A stretch of DNA of 64,000 nucleotides, taken from contig JAJVHY010000001.1 in NCBI GenBank assembly GCA_022072455.1, positions 3,832 to 67,831 of the forward strand. The letters run 5' to 3'. Position numbers and translations under genes: made by a program. The notes under the pieces are model-generated. The model did not search any database. It was not told where the DNA came from and saw nothing but the letters and a program-made list of their open reading frames with translations. Positions within the stretch are counted from its first letter, which is position 1; each line of letters starts with the position of its first letter. Source of the DNA: Verrucomicrobiia bacterium (GTDB taxonomy: Bacteria > Verrucomicrobiota > Verrucomicrobiia > Palsa-1439). Positions 16,973-26,364 of this stretch are shown piece by piece.

Positions 16973-18406
16973 TCAATCACGCTCCTCAGCCGCCTCATTG
17001 GCTGTCAACTTCCGGTACAGCGTCGCCGTACTAATCCCCAATAGCTCCGCCGCCCGCTCCTTACTGCCGCCGCTGGCACGTATGGCGTGCTCAATGTATT
17101 GAACTTCCTGTTCATGAAGAAAGTCCTTCAACTGCAACCGGGGCACGGTCAGATTGTCGACTACCGGCGGCGACAGTTCACTTCCATTGGTCGGCGGGGG
17201 CGCAGCATCAGACGCAACCAGCGCTTCGAGAACTCGCTCCGGTAAATCGCGCACCGCCAGCACACCGTGATCGCACAAGGCACAAGCCCGCTCGATGGCA
17301 TTTTGCAGTTCCCGAACGTTACCGGGCCAGGCATATCCTTTCAGGCTGGCCATGACTTCCGGTCGCACTGTGACCGGTGGACTGGCATTGCGCCGCGCGT
17401 TATCCTGAACGAAATGTTGCACCAGCAACGGAATGTCATCCGCCCGCTCACGCAACGCCGGCAACTCGATCGGTATCACGCTGATCCGGTAGTAAAGATC
17501 TTCCCGGAAGGATTTATCTTCCATCTTCTTGCGGAGCGGTTCGTTGGTGGCCGCCACAACCCGCACGTCCACCTTGACTGTGTCGTTATCACCAACACGT
17601 CGCAGCTCTTTGTCTTGCAGAAACCGCAACAGTTTGGTCTGTAAACTGAGCGGCATGGAACCGACTTCATCCAGGAAAATGGTCCCGCCATCGGCATGCT
17701 GGAACAATCCCACCTTGTCGAAGGCCGCACCGGTAAACGACCCCTTGCGGTGGCCGAATAGTTCTGATTCCAGCAGATGCTCTGGCAACGCGGCACAGTT
17801 CACTGCCACAAAGGGCATGTTGGCGCGGCGACTGTTGAAATGCAGGGCGCGGGCGACCAGTTCTTTGCCGGTACCGCTTTCGCCAAGGACAAGCACGGTT
17901 GAATCCGTATTCGCGACGCGCCGGATCATGCGGAACACTGCCTCCATGGACGCGCTTCGTCCGATGATGTTGTCGAACTGGAATTTTTCCTTGAGCTGTG
18001 TTTTGAGCTCGGCGTTTTCCTGAAGCGCGCGGACGGCCTGCTGATGAAACAAGGCGGTTTCAACCCGCCGCACCAGTTCATCAATGCGAAATGGTTTTTC
18101 GATGAAATCCTGGGCGCCAAGCCGGAGAGCTTCGATGGCGCGATCCTTCGTGGCGTTACCGGTGATCATCACGATCGGGATGTTCCGGTTGTGGTCTTTG
18201 ACTTGCCGAAGTAATTCAAGCCCACGCGGCTTGCCTTCCGGCATCTCGATGTCGGCCAGAATGAGATCGGGCGGGTCTTGTTTGACCAGTTCGATGGCCC
18301 GTTCCGCACTGCTGGCGGTAATCACCTGCCGGCGTTCGTCGCGCAAGACCTCGGTCAACACCGAGACCATGTTCGGGTCATCTTCGGCCACTAGGATTTT
18401 CAACAT
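16973..18406 (-). CDS. sigma-54-dependent response regulator (NtrC/PilR-like bEBP)
   Basis: REC (LILADIEMPEGK). [14 protein letters not shown] (GAFTGA variant). ESELFGHRKG. C-terminal HTH RAAELLGISTATLYRKL. Located between pilC and the pilin gene. Confidence 0.9.
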   Translation of the reverse strand: MLKILVAEDDPNMVSVLTEVLRDERRQVITASSAERAIELVKQDPPDLILADIEMPEGKPRGLELLRQVKDHNRNIPIVMITGNATKDRAIEALRLGAQDFIEKPFRIDELVRRVETALFHQQAVRALQENAELKTQLKEKFQFDNIIGRSASMEAVFRMIRRVANTDSTVLVLGESGTGKELVARALHFNSRRANMPFVAVNCAALPEHLLESELFGHRKGSFTGAAFDKVGLFQHADGGTIFLDEVGSMPLSLQTKLLRFLQDKELRRVGDNDTVKVDVRVVAATNEPLRKKMEDKSFREDLYYRISVIPIELPALRERADDIPLLVQHFVQDNARRNASPPVTVRPEVMASLKGYAWPGNVRELQNAIERACALCDHGVLAVRDLPERVLEALVASDAAPPPTNGSELSPPVVDNLTVPRLQLKDFLHEQEVQYIEHAIRASGGSKERAAELLGISTATLYRKLTANEAAEERD

Positions 18407-18429
18407 ACAACTTTCCTCCTGCAGTTCTT

Positions 18430-18450
18430 GGCGGCACCCCCAGTGCCGCC
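18430..18450 (-). other. GC-rich hairpin between pilC stop and the activator gene start (possible attenuator / partial terminator)
   Basis: ggcggcac-cccca-gtgccgcc. No T-run follows. The AGGAGG RBS of the activator gene lies just downstream. Confidence 0.3.
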
Positions 18451-18459
18451 GATTCCCGG

Positions 18460-19665
18460 TTAAAACTGGACTGCTTGATTGAGCTTGAAGATCGGCAAAA
18501 ACATACAGATGACGATGGAGCCAACAACCACGCCCAGAAACACAATCAGCAACGGCTCGATCAGCGACGTCAAACCGGAGAGCGTCGCTTCAATTTCCTC
18601 ATCGTAGAAATCGGAGAGTTTCTCGAGCATCGTATCCACCTTGCCGGTTTGTTCACCGGCGGCAATCATCCGAATCAACATCGGCGGAAAGATGGGATGC
18701 TGCGAAAGCGCAGTGGCAAGATTGTCGCCGCGCTCGATGCTGCTGGCGGTTTTTTCGATGGCAAATTCGACCTGCGTGTTACCGGAAGTCTGACCGACGA
18801 TGCGGAGGGTGTCCAAAATCGGCACGCCCGCCCGCAGCAACGCGGCGAACGTCCGCGCAAACCGCGAGATGCAGATTTTGTGGACAAGTTTTCCGAACAA
18901 CGGAAATTTCAATTTGGCCCGATCCCAAATAATCGCGCCATGGTGGGTTTTGATGATCTTGAAGAATCCCCAGACGATGGCACCGACAATCCCGGCAAAG
19001 ATCAAGAAATACGCCCGCAACATGTCACTAATTCGGATGAGAATCTGCGTCGGCACCGGCAGGGCCGCGCCGAAGTCTTTGAAGATGTCGCCGAAGATCG
19101 GAATGACCTTCATCATCAAAAAGAGACAGATGCAAATCGCGATGCAACAGACGATCGTCGGATACATCATAGCCGATTTGACTTTTTTCTTAAGCCGGGC
19201 CGACGCTTCGAGATAGCACGCGAGCCGGTCGAGAATTTCTGCAAGCAGACCGCCAGTCTCACCGGCTTCCACCATCTTCACATACAGCTTCACAAACACC
19301 TTGGGATGACAAGCCAGGCAGACAGAAAACGCTTCGCCGCTCTCCAGTTTCGTCGTGACTTCGCGCAGCACGGGCTTGAGGGCCAGACTATCCGTTTGTT
19401 CTTCCAAGGCATTCATCGCCTGCACCAACGGCAGCCCGGCATCCATCATTGTCGCCAATTGCCGGGTAAAAACGACGAGGTCTTGCTGTTTGACGTTGCC
19501 TTGGGAACGCTTGGCGTGCTTCCGCGCCGCGCCAGTGTTCATCTGCACGACCATCAGGCTGCGGCCAATCAGTTGCGCTGCTGCGGAACCTTGATCCGCC
19601 GCCTCGATCTGACCGCTGACCATTTTGCCCGACGCATCGCGCGCTTGATAATTGAAAACTGGCAT
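18460..19665 (-). CDS. pilC: type II secretion system F-family platform protein (PilC/GspF)
   Basis: 401 aa. Two GspF-type repeats. Three TM segments. 4-nt-type close spacing to flanking genes. Confidence 0.9.
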   Translation of the reverse strand: MPVFNYQARDASGKMVSGQIEAADQGSAAAQLIGRSLMVVQMNTGAARKHAKRSQGNVKQQDLVVFTRQLATMMDAGLPLVQAMNALEEQTDSLALKPVLREVTTKLESGEAFSVCLACHPKVFVKLYVKMVEAGETGGLLAEILDRLACYLEASARLKKKVKSAMMYPTIVCCIAICICLFLMMKVIPIFGDIFKDFGAALPVPTQILIRISDMLRAYFLIFAGIVGAIVWGFFKIIKTHHGAIIWDRAKLKFPLFGKLVHKICISRFARTFAALLRAGVPILDTLRIVGQTSGNTQVEFAIEKTASSIERGDNLATALSQHPIFPPMLIRMIAAGEQTGKVDTMLEKLSDFYDEEIEATLSGLTSLIEPLLIVFLGVVVGSIVICMFLPIFKLNQAVQF

Positions 19666-19715
19666 TGACTCGCTGTCCTGTTCTGGGTTGCGAAATACTC
19701 CCAGTTCTCAATTCT

Positions 19716-19731
19716 AGCACCAGACATGCCA
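19716..19731 (-). promoter_or_regulatory. putative sigma-54 promoter TGGCAT-GTCTG-GTGCT for pilC
   Basis: 51 nt upstream of the pilC ATG. Confidence 0.6.
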
Positions 19732-19835
19732 CAACCTCTCAAAGCTGCGAAACCAGCCAAAACGCACCCAATTGCAGCCCTCGTCAGGACTCCCTTGGAA
19801 TAAACCGGACATTTATGCACGCCGGGCAAGGTGCG

Positions 19836-20024
19836 TTACTCTTTCGGCGCGGCCCAGCCTTGAGCCATCAAACCCAATAAACGTTGCAGCGCGGCATCGT
19901 AGGTGATACCGCGCTGCTCCGCATCCATCTTCGCTCGTTTGTCGAGTTGGGCCGCCATGGCAGCGGACTTGTCGGATGGACAGCCCAACCGCCGCAGCAC
20001 TTCCGCCAACTCATCAGGGGTCAT
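19836..20024 (-). CDS. small hypothetical protein (62 aa), start overlaps PPIase stop (ATGA)
   Basis: ORF track only. Helical, no recognised motif. Confidence 0.35.
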   Translation of the reverse strand: MTPDELAEVLRRLGCPSDKSAAMAAQLDKRAKMDAEQRGITYDAALQRLLGLMAQGWAAPKE

Positions 20025-20608
20025 TTCTTGAGCGCATCAGCTCGGGACATCACCTTGATACTCTGAATGACCACGCGCTCGGTCGGCCGGCTTCGTTCTG
20101 GACCTTCCGTCGGAGTATCGCCGAGCTTCTTCAGCACTTCGACACCTTCCACCAGCTTCCCGAACGCTGTGTACTGCCCGTCCAGAAACGACGCATCGCC
20201 GAGGCAAATAAAGAACTGACAGCCGGCCGAATCCGGATCCTGCGAGCGCGCCATCGAAACCACGCCGAGTTGATGGCTGTTCTTATTGAACTCCGCCTTG
20301 ATCTTGTAGCCGGGATCCCCGGTCCCCACACGGCCGTTATTCGGATCTTTACTGAGCGGGTCGCCACCCTGAATCATGAACCCCTTGATGATCCGATGAA
20401 ACGTCGTCCCGTCATAAAAGCCTTTGCCGGCCAGCTTCTGAAAATTCTCGACGGTCTTCGGCGCATCCTTTTCAAAGAACTCGATGACCATCTTGCCCGC
20501 CTTGGTTTCGATCACTGCCAACTTGTCTGTCTCTGCCGCCATAAGACTGCTTCCTTTCAGGATCAGTGTTGCCAACAACACGCCAGTTATTAGTTTTACA
20601 CTTCGCAT
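20021..20608 (-). CDS. ppi: peptidyl-prolyl cis-trans isomerase, cyclophilin type, secreted
   Basis: Cyclophilin signature FHRIIKGFMIQGGD, ...GQFFIC.... N-terminal signal peptide. Confidence 0.9.
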   Translation of the reverse strand: MRSVKLITGVLLATLILKGSSLMAAETDKLAVIETKAGKMVIEFFEKDAPKTVENFQKLAGKGFYDGTTFHRIIKGFMIQGGDPLSKDPNNGRVGTGDPGYKIKAEFNKNSHQLGVVSMARSQDPDSAGCQFFICLGDASFLDGQYTAFGKLVEGVEVLKKLGDTPTEGPERSRPTERVVIQSIKVMSRADALKK

Positions 20609-21357
20609 AGTTTGATGACCTCCGCGGGCTGCCCGCCGACATTCAGTTTCGTTCCACTCACTGCGAACTCGCGCCGAACGTAACCGAGCGCGATGAGTTT
20701 GCCAAGTCGCTTCGATTGCGCCGTACTTGTAATCTGCCCGACCTCTTTCTCACCAGCCGAGATCGCCCTGCCCGGCGCCGTCAATGCCAACTGCACCAAA
20801 TGCCGGTTCACATGGCCATAAGTTCGAATACGCGCAATCGTTTCCTGCCCCACATAGCACCCCTTTTCATATGAAATCGCGCTGACTAACCCCGCCTCGA
20901 CCGGGATCGTCGTCTCATCCATATCCACTCCAAACTGCGGCACCCCTGCCTCGACACGCAAGATTTCCAACTCCGCATCGCCCAAGGTGACCGGCAGGAT
21001 TGCCGGCGTGATCACCCCGAGTCCCAACGCGTGCCGGTACGTCAAGCCGGCCGGCGTCTCGCCAAACGCGAGGTATTGCCGGCTGTCCGCGACTTCGATG
21101 ACCACATCTTCAGTCACAATGAATTTCTCCAGTACCGCCTGCATTCCAGGACTCGTTTCAAGCAGCAACTCCTCCGGCAACCGCAGCACATGCCCGTCCC
21201 CGCGCATCTTGCCCTTCGCGTTAAGAAACGCGACATAGCAGTCCCCGCCTACCCGTAACTGTTTGATGTCGTTGGTGCATTGCCCGTGGAGAAAATCAAT
21301 CCGATCCTCTCCCGTAATCCGTAATCGGCACCGTGAATTCGTCAGGTCCGCAATCAT
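20596..21357 (-). CDS. YgfZ/GcvT-like folate-binding protein (Fe-S cluster repair / tRNA-modification associated)
   Basis: Aminomethyltransferase folate-binding fold features. C-terminal ...IALGYVRRE... typical of the YgfZ family. Confidence 0.7.
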   Translation of the reverse strand: MIADLTNSRCRLRITGEDRIDFLHGQCTNDIKQLRVGGDCYVAFLNAKGKMRGDGHVLRLPEELLLETSPGMQAVLEKFIVTEDVVIEVADSRQYLAFGETPAGLTYRHALGLGVITPAILPVTLGDAELEILRVEAGVPQFGVDMDETTIPVEAGLVSAISYEKGCYVGQETIARIRTYGHVNRHLVQLALTAPGRAISAGEKEVGQITSTAQSKRLGKLIALGYVRREFAVSGTKLNVGGQPAEVIKLCEV

Positions 21358-22841
21358 AAATTTTGTTCAATCGCCGCCAGCAACTTCATGGCGCGCGCAT
21401 TGCCCGGCTCCAACTCCAGCGCCCGGCGAATGGCCACTGCCGCCTCTTGATAACGGCCGGCTTGCGCGAGCACCGCGCCCAGTTGATACGCCGCACGGGA
21501 ACTCCGCGGCGACAATTCGGAAGCCCGCCGCAAATGAACCACCGCCTCATCCAAACGTTTTTCGCCGGTTAGATTAACCCCAAGATTAAAATGCGCTTCG
21601 GGGCTGTCCGGGGCGAGTTCGAGGGCGCGTTGGTACAAACCAATCGACTCTTTTCGCTCCGACACGGCGGCCAGGTTCACCAACGCACGAACGTTTTCCG
21701 GACGCTTTTGCACCGTATCCAGCCAAATCGTCTGCGCCGTCCGGTAGTCCGCGTTGCGAACAAACGTGGCCACACCAGCCACGACAATCAACACCGGCAC
21801 GATATATTGCCGGGCATTTCCCAACGCCGCCACGACCGGCACTACCACCGCGATCAAGGGCAAGTACATTCGCCGTTCCGCCGCGACTTCGGTCCCCAGC
21901 GGCACGACGCTCGACGTGGGCGCCAAAATGAAAAAGAAACCCAACCCCAGCAACCCCCACCATTGTTTTTTCCAAGCGCCCCAAGCCGAAGCAATCAGCA
22001 ATCCCACCACGACCAACGCAGTTGGCAGCACACTCACCAAACTCCCCGCCCGCGGCCAATCATCATAGTCCACCACCAACGGATACGGGACAAAACACAA
22101 CCGCAGGTAATGTACGATGACCGTCGCCTGCGTCTTCAAATATTCCCATGGCGTGAAATGGTCCAAGCCCTCCCCCATCTTTGAATGCAACGCCACCCCG
22201 CCCATCAATAGTGGCAACATCAACCACGTCGCCGCCAACCCGGCGTACAACCCCCGCCGGCTCCGCCAATCCACGCCAAACACATAATCATACAGCACCA
22301 CCACCAACGGCGCCGCGACCATAACTTCCTTGCAGCCCATCCCCAACCCGCACGCCACCACCGCCGCAATATGCCAACGCCGAATCGCGCAATACAACGT
22401 CAGCAACAAAAACAACCCCATCAACATCTCCGTCCGCTGACTGATGTAAACCACACTCTCCGTCAACAATGGATGCACCAGCCACAACGCCGTTGCCGGC
22501 AACGCAATCCCGGCCCCGCCTGGCGTCCGCCGCAAAATCCCCAGCAACACCAACCCCGCCGCGATGTGAATCGCCAGATTGACCACATGGTACCCACGAA
22601 CGTCGTACCCACCAATCGCGTAGTTGATCGCGAACGTCAGGTTGACCAGTGGGCGGCCGGCCATCCCGCTGTTGGCCGGCGCCACCAGCGTCTCCCAAAT
22701 CGGCCACAACTTCCGAATACTCGGATTGTCGGTAATGCCGTGACCGTCATCAAAAATAAACGGCCCGGTCAGACTGTTGGAATACACCAACACCCCCAAC
22801 ACGATCAGAATCACCGGCTGCCATATTCGGAATCGTTCCAC
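21354..22841 (-). CDS. polytopic membrane protein with C-terminal TPR repeats (DUF1736 / glycosyltransferase-39-like)
   Basis: About 11 TM helices followed by 3-4 TPR units (AHFNLGVNL..., AAYQLGAVLAQAGRYQEA...). Confidence 0.7.
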   Translation of the reverse strand: MERFRIWQPVILIVLGVLVYSNSLTGPFIFDDGHGITDNPSIRKLWPIWETLVAPANSGMAGRPLVNLTFAINYAIGGYDVRGYHVVNLAIHIAAGLVLLGILRRTPGGAGIALPATALWLVHPLLTESVVYISQRTEMLMGLFLLLTLYCAIRRWHIAAVVACGLGMGCKEVMVAAPLVVVLYDYVFGVDWRSRRGLYAGLAATWLMLPLLMGGVALHSKMGEGLDHFTPWEYLKTQATVIVHYLRLCFVPYPLVVDYDDWPRAGSLVSVLPTALVVVGLLIASAWGAWKKQWWGLLGLGFFFILAPTSSVVPLGTEVAAERRMYLPLIAVVVPVVAALGNARQYIVPVLIVVAGVATFVRNADYRTAQTIWLDTVQKRPENVRALVNLAAVSERKESIGLYQRALELAPDSPEAHFNLGVNLTGEKRLDEAVVHLRRASELSPRSSRAAYQLGAVLAQAGRYQEAAVAIRRALELEPGNARAMKLLAAIEQNL

Positions 22842-22899
22842 GGATTAGAATTACCAAAGCACTTGCCAGAGCGCACCACAAACTCTAGCTTCGCCGGCA

Positions 22900-23358
22900 A
22901 TGATTGACCTCACCAGCGATGACTACTTCATGGGCGAAGCGCTTCGCCAGGCGAAACTCGCGTTTGACGCCGACGAGGTTCCCATCGGTGCCGTCATCGT
23001 CCGCGAAAAGAAAATCATTACCCGCGCCTTCAACCAAGTCGAACTCCTCAAAGATGCCACCGCCCATGCCGAAATGCTGGCCCTCACTCAGGCTGCCAAT
23101 GGCCTCGGCGACTGGCGACTCGAAGGTTGCACACTCTACGTCACCAAAGAACCCTGTCCGATGTGCGCCGGCGCGATCGTCCTCTCCCGAGTTCAACGCG
23201 TTGTCTTCGGCGTAACCGATCCAAAAAGTGGCGGCGCCGGCAGCGTCTTCGACATTACCGGCCAAGGCGGCCTCAACCATAAGGTCGAAACGGTGTCCGG
23301 CGTTAAAGAAACCGAAGCCCGGCAACTTCTTCAGGACTTCTTCCGGGCGCGCCGCTAA
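22900..23358 (+). CDS. tadA: tRNA-specific adenosine deaminase
   Basis: CDA motifs HAEMLAL and PCPMCAGA. 152 aa. Confidence 0.9.
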   Translation: MIDLTSDDYFMGEALRQAKLAFDADEVPIGAVIVREKKIITRAFNQVELLKDATAHAEMLALTQAANGLGDWRLEGCTLYVTKEPCPMCAGAIVLSRVQRVVFGVTDPKSGGAGSVFDITGQGGLNHKVETVSGVKETEARQLLQDFFRARR

Positions 23359-23924
23359 TTCAAGCCCGTCGCCTTCGGCAAGAGCGGGTACAGTTTGCGC
23401 CAGCGTTGATCCTCGCTGATGAACGCCGCCCACAAGGCCGGTGGAACCGGGTCTTCCAACAACGCCACATGCGGCGCGACAACCTTCCATGATTCCTCGG
23501 TTAGTTCACGCTCCAACTGCCCCTCTCCCCAACCCGAGTAACCGGCAAACGCGCGGATGCCGGCACTTGTCCCTTTGGTCGGGTCGGTGAGGATCTCGCA
23601 GCGCACGTCCTCGTCATGGGGACCACGCCGAAACCGGGCAAAGAGCAGACTGTTGGGTTTCACCGGTCCGCCAATGAAGACAGGCACATCCTGCAGCCCC
23701 GCCGGCAGATCCGTGGCCTTGGTGACGGCACCGAGGGTTTGTCCCAGTGGCCGGTTCATCACAAACCCCAGCGCGCCGGCCGCGCTGTGTTCGGCGATAT
23801 AGACGACCGTTTGATGAAAATTCGGATCGAGCAAGACCGGTGTCGCCACCAGCACTTTCCCGATCAACGCTTCGCCCGCCGAAAACTCGTAGCCCATCAC
23901 CACACTCCCGTGTCGCGCGCCCAC
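23355..23924 (-). CDS. YqgE/AlgH family protein (UPF0301)
   Basis: LLDPNFHQTVVYIAEHS..GALGFVMNRP signature. Confidence 0.85.
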   Translation of the reverse strand: MGARHGSVVMGYEFSAGEALIGKVLVATPVLLDPNFHQTVVYIAEHSAAGALGFVMNRPLGQTLGAVTKATDLPAGLQDVPVFIGGPVKPNSLLFARFRRGPHDEDVRCEILTDPTKGTSAGIRAFAGYSGWGEGQLERELTEESWKVVAPHVALLEDPVPPALWAAFISEDQRWRKLYPLLPKATGLN

Positions 23925-25114
23925 TTCACCAGTCCGCCCCGAAACGGCGGAAAACCGAGTCCCTCAATCATTATGAAATCCAGTTCATCTTCACTGGCCA
24001 CCAACCGAGCTTGCAACAATTCTTTCGCCCGCGCCACCATGACTTCCATCAACCGCTCCTGAATTGCCAGTGGATCCAACGCCCGCCCCTTGAACTGCGG
24101 CTTTGGTTCCGCGCGCAGTCCAGTGACCGTGTAGAAACCTCGTGGCCCCTGCCAGACCGGCCCGAGCGCATCCAGCCACCGCAACGGCCCGACCGGCCAC
24201 CCAAACAATACCATTGCGTTATCAATATAAGCCAAATCAATTCCGTCCTCCAACAATCCGACAGCCGCCTGCAAATACGGAATCAAAATCCGCTGCACCA
24301 CCAAGTCCGAAGTCTCCGTTTTGAATTTTTTACGCAGGCGCTCGACGCGAATCAGATTCTGGCAGACCGGCGATGCGACCAAATCTCCAAAGGCACGCGC
24401 CTCGGCCAGATAACCCGCGCCGGTCACTTCGATGGCTTTCAACTGGGCCGGGTAAAACCCATGCGTCTCCGCCACCGTGCGCCGCCGGTAAAGTGTTTGC
24501 ACTAGGAAACCGGGGGGCCAGTTCCGGCGTTGCAGGCGCCGTTCGAACGTCAACGCCTTCACTGCCGCGGCGCGCAGTGCGCTGACCGGCACGACCGCGT
24601 CCACCAAACCGACCTGCAATGCCGACGCGGCAGTCAGTGACTTACCGGGGACGATGATTTCGAGTGCCGCGCGCAGCCCAATCAACGCCGGCAACCGTTG
24701 CGTTCCACCCCACCCGGGTAACCCACCGATCTGGGTTGCCGGCAAACCGATCTGCGTCGCTGGATCATCTGTCGCAATTCGGGTCCGGCAGGCCAAGGCC
24801 AACTCGCAACCGGTGCCAAGACACGCGCCATCAATCGCAGCTACCGTCGGCATGGAAAGTCGCTCGATTTTCGCGAACAGTTCCTGGCCGGCCTGTGCGT
24901 AGGCCATGCCGGCGGCGGACTCCCGGAGATTTTCCAGTTCTCCGAGCGGGATGTCACCCGGCAATATGCCGGTGAAAATGACGCCGGTCGGCGGCTGTTT
25001 CGTCAGCGCGTCGAGAATCCCGGCCAGTGGCACAAGAACATCGGTCGGCTTGGCAAATATGACCCACGCGATACCGGCGGCGTCACGTTCGAGGCGCACC
25101 ACAGCCATCGTCAC
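23897..25114 (-). CDS. enoyl-CoA hydratase/isomerase family protein fused to a 3-hydroxyacyl-CoA dehydrogenase C-terminal-type domain (FadB-like, lacking the NAD-binding Rossmann domain)
   Basis: Crotonase-fold N-terminus (AAIDGACLGTGCELALAC). C-terminal 3HCDH-C-like segment (IDNAMVLFGWPVGPLRWLDALG). Followed by thiolase. Confidence 0.7.
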   Translation of the reverse strand: MTMAVVRLERDAAGIAWVIFAKPTDVLVPLAGILDALTKQPPTGVIFTGILPGDIPLGELENLRESAAGMAYAQAGQELFAKIERLSMPTVAAIDGACLGTGCELALACRTRIATDDPATQIGLPATQIGGLPGWGGTQRLPALIGLRAALEIIVPGKSLTAASALQVGLVDAVVPVSALRAAAVKALTFERRLQRRNWPPGFLVQTLYRRRTVAETHGFYPAQLKAIEVTGAGYLAEARAFGDLVASPVCQNLIRVERLRKKFKTETSDLVVQRILIPYLQAAVGLLEDGIDLAYIDNAMVLFGWPVGPLRWLDALGPVWQGPRGFYTVTGLRAEPKPQFKGRALDPLAIQERLMEVMVARAKELLQARLVASEDELDFIMIEGLGFPPFRGGLVKWARDTGVW

Positions 25115-26352
25115 TCACGATCCAAGATCAACGCCCCACCCTGTCCACCACCCACGCATGCGGACGCCAGGCCGGTCCGAACGTTGCGCCGGTGCATCTC
25201 TTTCAGCAATGTCAGCACCAACCGCGCGGCGCTCGCGCCAACCGGGTGACCGAGGGCGATGGCGCCACCGTTGACGTTGAGCGTTTCGGGATTCAGGGTC
25301 AGTCCAAATTGATTTTTGAGGACGGCAGCACACGCGAGTACTTGGACGGCGAATGCTTCGTTGATCTCGACTAGATCAAGGTCGGCCAACTTCAGACCGG
25401 CCCGCGTGAGGGCGGCCGGGATGGCATAGGCGGGACCAATTCCCATGCGTTGCGGCTCCACGCCCGTGTAGGCGTAGGCCCGCAGGTACCCGAGTGGTTT
25501 GTGCCCGAGTTGCCGGGCGCGCGCTTCGCTCATCACCAGTAGCGCAACTGCTCCGTCAGTAAGCTGCGATGCGTTACCGGCGGTGACGGTGCTGTTATTT
25601 CGCTCGAACACTGGCGCCAGTTTTGTCAGCGCTTCGAGCGTCGGGTTTTCGCGGACGCCATTGTCGTCGCGCATGGTTTGGCCACCCGGCAAAGCGACAG
25701 GCGTGATTTCCTCGCGGAGCTTGCTGCGGGCTTGGTGTGCTTTTTGGTGTGAGGCCAGGGCAAACCGGTCTTGCTGGTCACGCGAAATACCGAAGTCCCG
25801 GCAGAGCACTTCCGCTGTCTGCCCCATCGTCAGCCCGCAGGTTGGATCCGTGAGGCCGAGCAGGACACCAAGGCGCGGTTTGAAATCGCGCAACCGGAAC
25901 GCGCTCAAGGCGCGGAGTTTTTCTCCACCGGTCTTCGCCCGACTTAACGCCGTATATTTGTCGGCAGCGGCGGCAGTGTAGAGCAGCGGGATGTTTGACA
26001 TGCTCTCAGTGCCGCCGACGAGGAACACATCGCCCTGACCGGCCACCAGCTTTTCGTAGGCGCTGGTAATGGCTTCAAAGCCGCTCGCACAGTTGCGATG
26101 AACTGTGTACGCCGGGATTTCGGGCGGGATGCCGGCATTGACGGCGATGACGCGGGCGATGTTGGCGGCGTCGTTCGGTTGGGCGACGTTGCCGAAAATC
26201 ACGTGGGAAATCTGGCCGCGCTCAATGCCGGTGCGCTCCAGCAAAGCGGTCACCGCGAGGCGGCCAAGTTCGTGAGCCGGCAACGGTTTGAGCATCGTGC
26301 CGGCTTTGCCGAAGGGTGTGCGAATTCCGTCAACGATTGCGAGGCGTGTCAT
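25111..26352 (-). CDS. fadA: acetyl-CoA C-acyltransferase (thiolase)
   Basis: Thiolase motifs NRNCASG (active Cys), NVNGGAIALGHPVGASA, CVGGGQG. Confidence 0.9.
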   Translation of the reverse strand: MTRLAIVDGIRTPFGKAGTMLKPLPAHELGRLAVTALLERTGIERGQISHVIFGNVAQPNDAANIARVIAVNAGIPPEIPAYTVHRNCASGFEAITSAYEKLVAGQGDVFLVGGTESMSNIPLLYTAAAADKYTALSRAKTGGEKLRALSAFRLRDFKPRLGVLLGLTDPTCGLTMGQTAEVLCRDFGISRDQQDRFALASHQKAHQARSKLREEITPVALPGGQTMRDDNGVRENPTLEALTKLAPVFERNNSTVTAGNASQLTDGAVALLVMSEARARQLGHKPLGYLRAYAYTGVEPQRMGIGPAYAIPAALTRAGLKLADLDLVEINEAFAVQVLACAAVLKNQFGLTLNPETLNVNGGAIALGHPVGASAARLVLTLLKEMHRRNVRTGLASACVGGGQGGALILDRE

Positions 26353-26364
26353 ACCATGGCCGGG

